A DNA stretch of 64,000 nucleotides from Candidatus Nomurabacteria bacterium (GCA_943350875.1 CALRAL010000002.1:68221-132220); one strand, 5' to 3'; counted from the stretch's first letter, positions 19,635 to 28,901 are shown. The notes: generated by a model not told the origin, from the letters alone. Numbers and translations are program-made.

Positions 19635-21460
19635 AAAAGATATTTTTAGGATTTAGTATTTTTATGAGCTTATTTGTGTTTAATTTTACTTATGCGGAAG
19701 ATGTGGTTCCAGATCCAGTTCTTACTAGCAGTATTACTATCCGTGATGGAGGCAATGTAATTTTTACAGGTGTTATTCCAATCAATTCAGATAGTACTGT
19801 TTTGTCTTTATTAAATGATGCTGACACTTTGAGCCCTGATTTTAATGTTTCTAATATACAGAATTTTTCTTTTGGGGCTTACTTAAAATGCATAACAGAT
19901 ATAAACGGAGAAAGATGTGATAATTGGCAGTATGCAGTTAACAATCTTTATACTTTTTCAAGTATAGATCAATATAAATTAAATGGGGGAGAAAACGTTT
20001 ATATATATTTTGGACCACAAAACAAAGTTATCCTTAGCTCAAATAATATAAATACTAACAATATTTTGACTGTTATAGCGCAAAAATATAATTATCAAAA
20101 TAATACCTGGGAGATAAGGACTGATGTAACTGTTGGTTTAACACAACCAGATTTACAACCCAACCCAAATAACAATTGGTTACCACCATTAGAAATAAAA
20201 ACTAATTTAGTTGATGAAAATGGTCAAGTTACTTTTTCGTCAATATCTGTTGGTTCTTATGATGTTGGAGTTCAGGAAGATGGGTATTTCCCTACCGAAA
20301 AACTAGATGTTATTTCTGCTCCTGTGATAGAGCATCATAGCTCTGGCGGTGGTAGAGCTTATATACTACCGCCAAAGCCAGTTTTTTCTACGCAAAACGC
20401 GATTAATTATTTAAAAAGTTTACAAGTAAATGATGGATCTTTTGGTGGATCTGATATGTACACTGATTGGGTGGGGATTGCTTTGTCTGCCGGAGGGGTA
20501 GCAGATAGTTCTACTAATAGTATAATTTCATATTTTAGTTTACATCCTCTAAAAAGTTCACTTTTGACTGATATTGAACGTAGGGCAATGACACTTCTAG
20601 CCTTGGGGCAGGATCCATACTCATTTAATAATACAGATTATATTTTTTTAATTTTGAAGAATTTTGACGGAATACAATTTGGTGATAAAGATCTAGTGAA
20701 TGATGATATTTTTGCTCTCATTCCACTTAGCGCTTCAGGATATAAAATAGATGATGAGGTTATTTCAAAAGATATCAATTTTATTCTTTCGAAACAAAAG
20801 ACAGATGGTTCTTGGGAAGAAAGTGTAGATGTGACTTCCGCCTCGATCCAAGCATTATCTTTATTTAACTCTTTGCCTACTGTTTCAGACGCGCTTTCAA
20901 AAGCTAGCCTTTATGTTATGAATTCACAAAAGGATGATGGTGGTTGGGGGAACGTTTATTCTACTAGTTGGGCGGTGCAAGCAGGGAATGCCTTAAATAT
21001 TATTTATACCAAGAATGGACATACAGGACTTGATTATTTTGCAAATAATCAGATAAGTGATGGGGGAGTTTTGTCACTAAATGAAACTTTAGAAAATAGA
21101 GTTTGGGCCACGAGCTATGTTATCCCTGCTATGCTTAGCAAAACTTGGAATAGTATTTTTCATCAAGTTCTTAAACCAGTAAAAGTAGATACTAAAGATG
21201 TCGTTTCTAAGATAGTAGAAAATAAATTAAAAGAAAAAGTTGTAGATAAAAAGATAGATAATATAATAAGTATTATAAAAAAAGTTAAAAAAGAGATTGT
21301 TGTTAGTCCTGAAACAGAGAAAATAGAAACAAAAAATATGCTTACAGCTTCAGCCATAGAAAGCCAGACGCGTGTTACTCAAAATGAAACTCCTTCGTTT
21401 TGGCATGAACTTTTTGCAGGAGTAGGGGATATCTTGAGAGTTCTGCATCTTCTTCGATAA
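19631..21460 (+). CDS. secreted protein: N-terminal DUF4430-like domain plus alpha/alpha-toroid (prenyltransferase/terpene-cyclase-like repeat) domain; putative cobalamin-capture protein
   Basis: Signal peptide (MKKIFLGFSIFMSLFVFNFTYA). A second DUF4430-like pattern (NWQYAVNNLYTF...YKLNGGENVYIYFG). Repeated DGSW/DDGGW/DGGV motifs typical of alpha6/alpha6 toroid repeats. Translationally coupled to the upstream DUF4430 gene. Confidence 0.5.
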   Translation: MKKIFLGFSIFMSLFVFNFTYAEDVVPDPVLTSSITIRDGGNVIFTGVIPINSDSTVLSLLNDADTLSPDFNVSNIQNFSFGAYLKCITDINGERCDNWQYAVNNLYTFSSIDQYKLNGGENVYIYFGPQNKVILSSNNINTNNILTVIAQKYNYQNNTWEIRTDVTVGLTQPDLQPNPNNNWLPPLEIKTNLVDENGQVTFSSISVGSYDVGVQEDGYFPTEKLDVISAPVIEHHSSGGGRAYILPPKPVFSTQNAINYLKSLQVNDGSFGGSDMYTDWVGIALSAGGVADSSTNSIISYFSLHPLKSSLLTDIERRAMTLLALGQDPYSFNNTDYIFLILKNFDGIQFGDKDLVNDDIFALIPLSASGYKIDDEVISKDINFILSKQKTDGSWEESVDVTSASIQALSLFNSLPTVSDALSKASLYVMNSQKDDGGWGNVYSTSWAVQAGNALNIIYTKNGHTGLDYFANNQISDGGVLSLNETLENRVWATSYVIPAMLSKTWNSIFHQVLKPVKVDTKDVVSKIVENKLKEKVVDKKIDNIISIIKKVKKEIVVSPETEKIETKNMLTASAIESQTRVTQNETPSFWHELFAGVGDILRVLHLLR

Positions 21461-23675
21461 GGCGTACTGCTTCTGTACGAGCTGCTTCTACCATTTTTAA
21501 GTTTTTAATAGCTTCCATTCCTAGGTCTGTAATGCCCCATTGTTTGGTGCCAGAGAGTTCTCCTGCGCCACGAAGGGTGAGATCAAGTTCTGCTAATTCA
21601 AATCCATTTTTTGCATTTTTTAGAGCTTTTAATCTTTCTATTGTTTTTTCACTTTTGGCTTCAGCAAATACATAGCAATATGCTTGATATGAACTTCTGA
21701 TAACTCTCCCGCGAAGTTGATGGAGTTGAGCAAGTCCAAACCTCTCAGCACCTTCTATTATTATTATCGTGGCATTTGGTACATTTACTCCGACTTCGAC
21801 GACTGAGGTAGCACATAGGATATTTATTTTTCCATCTGTAAAATCTTGCATCACTTCTTCCTTTTTTATTTTCGTCATTTTACTATGCAAGACTCCTATT
21901 TCATATTCTCTAAAAATTTCCTTTTTTAATCTTTTGGCTTCTGAAGTGACTGCTTTCATTTCAAGCTTCGCTCCAGCAGAATATTCCTTTACAGGGTCGC
22001 TGTCTCGGCTTGCTAGCCGAGCGCTCACTCTCGGGCCGTCGCCCTGCGAGAGACCCTGCAAAGGAAAATCTGCTTCTGCTTCAAATATTCTTGGACAAAT
22101 CACGTAGAGTTGTCTACCATTTTTTAGCTCAGTCCTTACTTTTTCATACGTTTCTTCTCTTTTATCTGGAGTCACTATTTCAGTAATTATTTGCTTTCGT
22201 CCTTTTGGCATCTCATCCAGAAGAGATAAATCCAAATCCCCGTATATAGTGAGGGCGAGAGTACGGGGGATAGGGGTGGCAGTCATAGAAAGCAAATGAG
22301 GCACAATATCACCTTTTTTGGCTAATTGTTTTCTTTGATTCAAACCGAATCGATGTTGTTCGTCTATCACTATCAAGGCTAAATTTTTAAATTTAACTGT
22401 TTTTTGAATTAGGGCATGTGTACCTATTAAGATGCTTATTTCTCCACTAGCTACCCACTTTAAAAGTTGTGATCTAGAAATATCTGTCCAACCGTCTGGG
22501 TTTACTTTCGAAGGGAATTTCCTACAACCACTTCCAGTGATGAGCCCGATGTTTATTGGTAGGTGCTTAAAGTATATTATGAAAGATTCAAAATGTTGAG
22601 TGGCTAGTATTTCTGTCGGAGCCATATAAGCTGTTTGTAAATGTCCAAAGTTTTGGGCATTACCTTTTACATCATTTGGTCTTTGTTTGATGGTGGCGTA
22701 GGCGACAGTCGCGGCTACTGCAGTCTTGCCAGAACCCACATCTCCCTCGAGCAAGCGAGACATTGGGAAACTTCTTTCCATATCTGAAAATATCGTATTT
22801 ATAGATTTAACTTGTGATTTTGTAGCTTCAAATGGGAAGCATTTCAAAAACTCTTCAATATCTTTTTTATCTATATTTACTTTAAAAGATTTATTTTTCT
22901 TATATTCATATTTGTCATGCTGGCATTCAAGTTGGATGCAGAAAACTTCTTCAAAGGCGAAACGTTTACGTGCCATCTCCGCATCCTTTTTATTCTTTGG
23001 GGTATGGATCCAGACGAGGGCTGTTTTTAAAGTTGGCAAACTATATTTTTTTAAAATATCAGGTGGAATATAATCTTCTAAAGTATCTAAAAGTCGAGTT
23101 TCTTTTCCGCCCAAGGCGGATCCGCCTTGGGCGGAGAAAATCTTTTGAATAGCGTGATAAAACCATTTTGAAGTTATTCCTTTTGTCTCGCGATAAACAG
23201 GGTAGGAAAGGCCTTTGTCTATTTCATCTTTTTTGTTAAATAAATTGTTGTGCGAATCTATCGGCAATGCACCTATCTTCTCAAATTCTGGGTTGGCTAG
23301 GTACGTACCACTTTTACTGGCTGTTACTTTGCCGGTGAGTTTGACATTATCGCCTTCGTGAATCATCTTGGCCAGATACGCCTGGTGATACCAAATGATT
23401 TTTATTTTCCCAGACAAGTCTGCTATCTCACCTTCTCCCATCGGTATCTTTGAACGAAACCCCTTTTTAGTTTTCAAATTTGAGACTTTTCCATAGACTG
23501 TAGCTACTTCCCCTGGCACTAATTCAGAAATCTTTTTTATTTCACTTATGTCACTGTACCTGACAGGGAAGTAAAACAACAAATCTACCACAGAAAAAAG
23601 ATTCAGGCTACGTAATGCCTTCTTTTGTTTCTCATCTAAACGAAATTTTACTTCAAGTCTATCCTTTAATTCCAT
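21375..23675 (-). CDS. recG: ATP-dependent DNA helicase RecG (with two GC-rich palindromic in-frame insertions)
   Basis: Wedge/OB N-terminus, Walker A DVGSGKTAVA, DEQH box, helicase C motifs. Confidence 0.85.
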   Translation of the reverse strand: MELKDRLEVKFRLDEKQKKALRSLNLFSVVDLLFYFPVRYSDISEIKKISELVPGEVATVYGKVSNLKTKKGFRSKIPMGEGEIADLSGKIKIIWYHQAYLAKMIHEGDNVKLTGKVTASKSGTYLANPEFEKIGALPIDSHNNLFNKKDEIDKGLSYPVYRETKGITSKWFYHAIQKIFSAQGGSALGGKETRLLDTLEDYIPPDILKKYSLPTLKTALVWIHTPKNKKDAEMARKRFAFEEVFCIQLECQHDKYEYKKNKSFKVNIDKKDIEEFLKCFPFEATKSQVKSINTIFSDMERSFPMSRLLEGDVGSGKTAVAATVAYATIKQRPNDVKGNAQNFGHLQTAYMAPTEILATQHFESFIIYFKHLPINIGLITGSGCRKFPSKVNPDGWTDISRSQLLKWVASGEISILIGTHALIQKTVKFKNLALIVIDEQHRFGLNQRKQLAKKGDIVPHLLSMTATPIPRTLALTIYGDLDLSLLDEMPKGRKQIITEIVTPDKREETYEKVRTELKNGRQLYVICPRIFEAEADFPLQGLSQGDGPRVSARLASRDSDPVKEYSAGAKLEMKAVTSEAKRLKKEIFREYEIGVLHSKMTKIKKEEVMQDFTDGKINILCATSVVEVGVNVPNATIIIIEGAERFGLAQLHQLRGRVIRSSYQAYCYVFAEAKSEKTIERLKALKNAKNGFELAELDLTLRGAGELSGTKQWGITDLGMEAIKNLKMVEAARTEAVRLIEEDAELSRYPLLLQKVHAKTKEFHFE

Positions 23676-24050
23676 TTATTGTCCGATGACTTCTTTGATC
23701 CTTTGTACGAGCTCATCTAGAGTGAAATTGGACTTTACCATGAATCCACTGATGCCAAGTTTGTTTGCTTGCTCCATATCTTTTTCCTCGGATAGATTAG
23801 AAAATACTATTACAGGTAGATTTTTTAATTCCTTATCATCTCTGATTTTCTTTAATATTTCAAAGCCACTAGATTCTGGGAGTAATAAATCTAGTAATAC
23901 CAAACTCACTTCATTTTTTGAGCCCATCATTTTAAAAGCTTCTGTACTGTTTGAAGCAGTCAAAACCTCATAATTCTCCTTTTTTAATTTTGTGGCTTCA
24001 AGTCCTTGCAAGAAATTGTCGTCTTCTATTATAAGTATTGTTTTATTCAT
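23676..24050 (-). CDS. single-domain response regulator (REC only)
   Basis: ILIIEDD...LLDLLLP...K pattern of CheY-like receivers. Confidence 0.7.
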   Translation of the reverse strand: MNKTILIIEDDNFLQGLEATKLKKENYEVLTASNSTEAFKMMGSKNEVSLVLLDLLLPESSGFEILKKIRDDKELKNLPVIVFSNLSEEKDMEQANKLGISGFMVKSNFTLDELVQRIKEVIGQ

Positions 24051-24102
24051 GGTGTATATTATAGCTATTTATCATATTGGATGCAAATGTCTGCCAAATG
24101 GC

Positions 24103-24858
24103 TTATTTAGATATTGGAATACTAAAGAAAAAGGTTGTGCCGGTGTCTTTTTCACTTTCAAACCACATTTTTCCCCCATGTTCTTCTATTATTTTCTTTG
24201 CATTGAAAAGTCCTATTCCCGAACCGATAACATCTTTCTTCCTGGCTTCAGGATCGCGGTAAAACTTTTCAAAAATCCTACTCTTATTTTCATCCGGTAC
24301 ACATATCCCTATATCTTTAATAGAAAATTCTATTATTTTATCTTTTTCTCTGAGGGCCATAAATATTTTGCCATGCCCGTTGCTATATTTTATGGCATTC
24401 TCGAGCAAGTTTTGGAAAACAACTCTTAACTTTTCTTTGTCGCCATGCACTAGAGAAAGTCTTATTTCTGGTTTTAGAAAAATCATCTGGATGCCTTTAG
24501 CATTTGCTTCACCAGAAAAATCAAAGATTGAATTATCTATCAATTCTGTCAAATCAACTTCTGAGAAAATATATTTCTTTTCGGCAATGTCTTCTGTTTT
24601 GTTTGCTAGGAGTAATTCACTTACAATACCTATGGCTCGGTCATTGCTGTCGTACGCTTTGCTTATCAAATTTTCTTGTTCAGCTGTGAGTTTACCCAAG
24701 TCGCCATCGAGGAACATTTTGATAATCCATTTGAGTCCTGATAGGGCAGTGCGTATCTGATGCGCGCTCATAGAGACGATGTCCGCTTTGACTGCGCACA
24801 GCTCTGCCATCTTTTTATTTTCTTCCATCAACTTTTTTATTTCTGTCTCTTTGTCCAT
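24103..24858 (-). CDS. cytoplasmic sensor histidine kinase (HisKA + HATPase_c)
   Basis: H-box MSAHQIRTALSGL; N, G1 (DIGICV), G2 (GSGIGL) boxes; no TM segments. Confidence 0.7.
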   Translation of the reverse strand: MDKETEIKKLMEENKKMAELCAVKADIVSMSAHQIRTALSGLKWIIKMFLDGDLGKLTAEQENLISKAYDSNDRAIGIVSELLLANKTEDIAEKKYIFSEVDLTELIDNSIFDFSGEANAKGIQMIFLKPEIRLSLVHGDKEKLRVVFQNLLENAIKYSNGHGKIFMALREKDKIIEFSIKDIGICVPDENKSRIFEKFYRDPEARKKDVIGSGIGLFNAKKIIEEHGGKMWFESEKDTGTTFFFSIPISK

Positions 24859-24882
24859 GGGGATATTATAGCATTAATTCTG

Positions 24883-24969
24883 CGGATGAGGTGAGATTCG
24901 AACTCACGGTCCTTTTAAGGGGACGGCGGTTTAGTAAACCGCTGGCTTAAACCACTTGCCTACTCATCC
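24883..24969 (-). tRNA. type II (long variable arm) tRNA, Ser-like, apparent anticodon ACU
   Basis: Manual fold of the minus strand. Acceptor GGATGAG/CTCATCC, discriminator G, anticodon stem GCGGT/ACCGC with loop TTACTAA, long variable arm, T-arm GTGAG-TTCGAAT-CTCAC. Confidence 0.6.
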
Positions 24970-25018
24970 TAAAATCTATAGATTATACATTATTCTATTA
25001 TTGATGTATAATGGATAT

Positions 25019-26056
25019 ATGTCTGAGTTGTTTACATATAATAGATTAAAATTTAATAAAAAGAAAGCACAGAGAAACTTTATTTTGAAAGCAGAAAAGA
25101 TTTTAAATTTAACAGATTTGGAGTTATCTAATAAATTGGGTATAAGTCGTAGAACAATTTATGAATGGAAAAATGAAAGGATTACTATTTCCCAAATAGC
25201 TGCAATAAAAATATCTAAATGGTCTAATATATCTATACCTAAAAATCACCAAATTATTGATTGGCGATTACATTTTCAAAAAGCTGGAAAAATAGGAGGA
25301 AGAAATAGATTTAATATATATGGAAATGTTGCTATGGATGAAAATTATAGAAAAGAAAAATGGAGGCAATGGTGGAATATGATTGGGCAACATAAAAAAG
25401 TAGCTCCAGGTTTTCAGTCGCTTATTAAAATAAAAATACCAAGAAAAAACCAATTACTTGCTGAATTTGTCGGTATCATGCTTGGTGATGGGGGAATAAG
25501 TAAATATCACACTACTATTACTTTATATAGTAAAGAAAAACAGTATATTTCATTTGTGAGTAAAGTAATAAATAAACTGTTTAATCTTAAACCAAAAATA
25601 TATAAACTTAAATATGCAAATGCGGTAGATATTGTTGTAAACAGAAAAAAACTAGTAGATTTCTGCCAGACTATAGGTCTTGTAATAGGAAATAAAATTA
25701 AACAACAAATAGATATCCCACTATGGATTAAAAAGAATAAAGGATTTTCTAGAGCTTGTATAAAAGGTTTAATAGATACAGATGGATGTTTTTATAATAA
25801 TTCTTATTATGTAAACGGTAAAAAATACTCTTATTTAAAAATTGCTTTTACAAGTGCTTCTTTGCCATTAGTAAACTCTGTGGCTCAAACTTTGATAAAT
25901 ATTGGAATAAATGCAAGAATAAGTAAAGATCAACGAGATGTTCGTATAGAAAATAGTAAATATGTGTTTAAGTATATAAAGGAGATAGGAACACATAATC
26001 ATAAGCATTTAGAGAAGATAAAAAAATGGAAAAATAGAGAGAATGTGTTAGAGTAA
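25019..26056 (+). CDS. free-standing double-motif LAGLIDADG homing-endonuclease-like protein with N-terminal HTH
   Basis: VGIMLGDGGIS and IKGLIDTDGCFY motifs; HTH LGISRRTIYEW; a TATAAT lies 7 nt upstream of the ATG (leaderless-like). Confidence 0.65.
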   Translation: MSELFTYNRLKFNKKKAQRNFILKAEKILNLTDLELSNKLGISRRTIYEWKNERITISQIAAIKISKWSNISIPKNHQIIDWRLHFQKAGKIGGRNRFNIYGNVAMDENYRKEKWRQWWNMIGQHKKVAPGFQSLIKIKIPRKNQLLAEFVGIMLGDGGISKYHTTITLYSKEKQYISFVSKVINKLFNLKPKIYKLKYANAVDIVVNRKKLVDFCQTIGLVIGNKIKQQIDIPLWIKKNKGFSRACIKGLIDTDGCFYNNSYYVNGKKYSYLKIAFTSASLPLVNSVAQTLINIGINARISKDQRDVRIENSKYVFKYIKEIGTHNHKHLEKIKKWKNRENVLE

Positions 26057-26069
26057 TAAAGTTCGACAA

Positions 26070-26156
26070 GGAGCCGTGGGAGAGCGGTCTAATCTACATC
26101 TTTGCTAAAGATGCAGGGGTTAAACCCCCTCGAGGGTTCGAATCCCTCCGGCTCCG
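26070..26156 (+). tRNA. tRNA-Ser (GCU)
   Basis: Acceptor GGAGCCG/CGGCTCC, discriminator G, anticodon stem CATCT/AGATG with loop TTGCTAA, long variable arm, T-arm AGGG-TTCGAAT-CCCT. Confidence 0.8.
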
Positions 26157-26176
26157 CTAGATTTAATATATTGTTT

Positions 26177-26452
26177 ATGGAACTGAAAGAAATTGAAAAT
26201 GAAATAAAAAGGATAAAAGAACGCAACACTAGAGTTGAGGTGGATAAAGCATGGGAGGTGAGTAGAACGAGGAGCTTTATTTTAACAACTTCGACGTATC
26301 TTTTGGTGGTAATCTTGCTTTTCATAATAAAAAATGAGAGGCCATTTATAAATGCGTTAATTCCTACCTTTGGATATTTTATCTCTTTTCAATCTCTACC
26401 TTTCTTTAAAAGACTTTGGTTAAAAAATAAAAAGCCTAATGCGCCACGGTAA
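26177..26452 (+). CDS. small hypothetical membrane protein
   Basis: ORF with one hydrophobic stretch; its 3' end overlaps the convergent comFC. Weak call. Confidence 0.2.
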   Translation: MELKEIENEIKRIKERNTRVEVDKAWEVSRTRSFILTTSTYLLVVILLFIIKNERPFINALIPTFGYFISFQSLPFFKRLWLKNKKPNAPR

Positions 26453-27086
26453 ATGCGATAACTTTTTTGGCGCCATGCAGCTTGAGAGTTTTACGGGCTT
26501 CAGATAGAGTGGCGCCGGTGGTGATGACATCATCTATTAAGATTATATTTCTACCTTTTATAAGTTCGGGATTTTTTACAGAAAAAGAGCCGATGATGTT
26601 TAAGAGTCTTTTTCTGCGGTCTTCTATTCTTGCTTGATGTTCGCTATCTTTTGGTTTTATTAAAACATTTTTTTCTAAAATAAAATTTTGGTTTTTATCT
26701 AATGCAATCAAATTATTGCAAATAAGTTCTGACTGATTAAATCCCCTTTCTCTTTGCCTCTTGGCTGAGAGGGGGATAGGGATCAAAATCGGGTTTCGAA
26801 AATTCTCCATCAAACTTAACTCTGAAAGTTCTTCTATAATCCTGCCATACATACATTCAGCAAAGATCTTAGCCAAGCCTCTTTTGCCATTATATTTCAA
26901 AAGCCAAATGGCCTTTTTTATGGCGGGGTGTCTATAATCATATATTGGGAATATCCATTTTACACTTTCGCGTTCGGATGGAGGAGAGCCTGCTAGACAC
27001 TTTTCACACAATAATACGCCACTTTTATTGCAAGATATGCATCTAACAGGGAAAATCAAGTCCAATATAGTGTTTAAAAATTGCAT
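26436..27086 (-). CDS. comFC: ComF family protein (ComFC-like phosphoribosyltransferase-domain competence protein)
   Basis: N-terminal Cys4 zinc finger (CISCN...CEKC) and PRTase motif IILIDDVITTGATL. Confidence 0.75.
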   Translation of the reverse strand: MQFLNTILDLIFPVRCISCNKSGVLLCEKCLAGSPPSERESVKWIFPIYDYRHPAIKKAIWLLKYNGKRGLAKIFAECMYGRIIEELSELSLMENFRNPILIPIPLSAKRQRERGFNQSELICNNLIALDKNQNFILEKNVLIKPKDSEHQARIEDRRKRLLNIIGSFSVKNPELIKGRNIILIDDVITTGATLSEARKTLKLHGAKKVIAFTVAH

Positions 27087-27087
27087 A

Positions 27088-27096
27088 TGGTATAAT
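27088..27096 (+). promoter_or_regulatory. extended -10 element (TGGTATAAT) upstream of pilM
   Basis: TGnTATAAT located 25 nt upstream of the pilM ATG. Confidence 0.3.
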
Positions 27097-27120
27097 TATT
27101 AAGCATTCTAGCACAATATC

Positions 27121-28251
27121 ATGGATAATCCTTTTAATAAAATTTTTAGCTCCGTTTCTGGTATCTTTAGTGGGGGCTCGAGCGATAGCGCAGTCGGCAT
27201 TGATATAGGTTCTTCAGCTATTAAAATAGTAGAGGTAAAGAACAAAAAAGGTAAAGCTATGCTCGAGACTTATGGTTCTATCGCTTTGGGTCCTTATGGG
27301 GAAGAAGACATCGGGCGAGTGACGAATCTTCCAGCGGAAAAAGTAATAGAAGCTATAAAAGAAGTTCTAAAAGATTCAGGAGTAGCGACGTCTTCGGTTG
27401 CTTTATCTATTCCTATTCAATCTAGCCTAATTTTTCCGATAGAACTTCCAGCCCAAGTCAAAGAAAGCGAGATGAGTTCTATCGTTCCTACAGAAGCTCG
27501 CAAATATATTCCACTTCCTATTTCCGAAGTATCGCTTGATTATTTCGTTTTGCCGAAGAAAGAATCTTCTTTTGAAGAATCAAATAATCCAGACTTACCA
27601 AAAGCTCCCGAGATAAAAACAGAAGTTCTTGTTGTTGCTATCCAAAATGATGTGATTTCTAAATATCGCTCTGTTGTTTCTCAATGCAATCTAGACGCTG
27701 GATTTTTTGAAATCGAGATTTTTGCTTCAGTTCGATCAAATTTCAACCATGAATTATCTCCTGTAATGTTGCTGGATTTCGGAGCATCACGTACTAAGCT
27801 CTCATTAGTAGAATTTGGCATGGTTAAAAACTATCATACTATCAATCGAGGTGGAGCTGACATAACAGATGCGATTTCTAAATCTTTAAGTATTCCTTTT
27901 TCAAAAGCAGAAGAAATGAAGAAAGAATTTGGTCTTTTGGAAAATGAAAAGGAAAAAAGCTTGTCTGATATCATAAAAGTTCACATTGACTATATCTTTT
28001 CAGAAACAAATAATGTACTATTAGGGTATGAGAAGAAATATGACCGTACTATAAGCAAAGTGATAATAACTGGTGGCGGATCCCTCCTTAAAGGATTGAA
28101 AGAAATGGCGGCAAATAACTTCCATGCAGAGATAGAAATAGGGCGTCCATTCAGCAAAATCGGTGCTCCTGAGTTTTTAGAAAAGGTCTTGGATGCTACT
28201 GGTCCAGAATTCGCAGTTGCTATCGGTCTCGCTTTACGTAAATTACAATAA
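27121..28251 (+). CDS. pilM: type IV pilus assembly ATPase-fold protein PilM
   Basis: Actin-like fold signature AVGIDIGSSAIKIVEV; operon position. Confidence 0.8.
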   Translation: MDNPFNKIFSSVSGIFSGGSSDSAVGIDIGSSAIKIVEVKNKKGKAMLETYGSIALGPYGEEDIGRVTNLPAEKVIEAIKEVLKDSGVATSSVALSIPIQSSLIFPIELPAQVKESEMSSIVPTEARKYIPLPISEVSLDYFVLPKKESSFEESNNPDLPKAPEIKTEVLVVAIQNDVISKYRSVVSQCNLDAGFFEIEIFASVRSNFNHELSPVMLLDFGASRTKLSLVEFGMVKNYHTINRGGADITDAISKSLSIPFSKAEEMKKEFGLLENEKEKSLSDIIKVHIDYIFSETNNVLLGYEKKYDRTISKVIITGGGSLLKGLKEMAANNFHAEIEIGRPFSKIGAPEFLEKVLDATGPEFAVAIGLALRKLQ

Positions 28252-28268
28252 GTGAGATAATTAGGTAG

Positions 28269-28901
28269 TTGAAAGTTATCAAGTTTATAAAATCTATGGA
28301 ACAGAATTTTCAAACATCATTCATACCCAAAAAGCCAATAGTAGAGAGCCGAAGCACTCCTTCAAAGCCTATTAGTTTTTCTTTAGTTATCTCTATTTTT
28401 GCTTTATTCGCTATGATCCTTTCTTCAGGTGGTCTTTATTTTTATAAAGATATTTTGAATAAAAACATTGTTCAGATGAAAAAAGATTTGGATATTGCCA
28501 AGAACCGTTTTGAACCATCAAAGATAAACCAGCTCCAAGACTTAGACAAACGTCTCAATGCTTCAAAAAATATTTTATCGAACCACATTGCTATTTCTCC
28601 TGTTTTTAAAGCTTTGCAAGATGTGACGATGAAAACTGTTCGTTATACAAAGTTTAGTTATAGTTTTGGTAGCGATAAAGATATGAAAGTCACAGTAAAG
28701 ATGAGTGGAGTTGCTCTAGGCTACAAGTCTATCGCTCTCCAATCAGATCTTTTTACGGAAGATAAATATCTGATTGATCCTGTCTTTTCTAATCTCACTC
28801 TAGACGACAAAGGCAATGTTCTTTTTGATCTTAGTTTTGGAGTGAGTCCTGATTTTATAGATTATAATAAAGTGCTCTCTACAGCAGAGCCTGCGAATTA
28901 A
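28269..28901 (+). CDS. pilN: PilN-like pilus assembly protein (single N-terminal TM)
   Basis: Bitopic topology; position after pilM. Confidence 0.5.
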   Translation: MKVIKFIKSMEQNFQTSFIPKKPIVESRSTPSKPISFSLVISIFALFAMILSSGGLYFYKDILNKNIVQMKKDLDIAKNRFEPSKINQLQDLDKRLNASKNILSNHIAISPVFKALQDVTMKTVRYTKFSYSFGSDKDMKVTVKMSGVALGYKSIALQSDLFTEDKYLIDPVFSNLTLDDKGNVLFDLSFGVSPDFIDYNKVLSTAEPAN

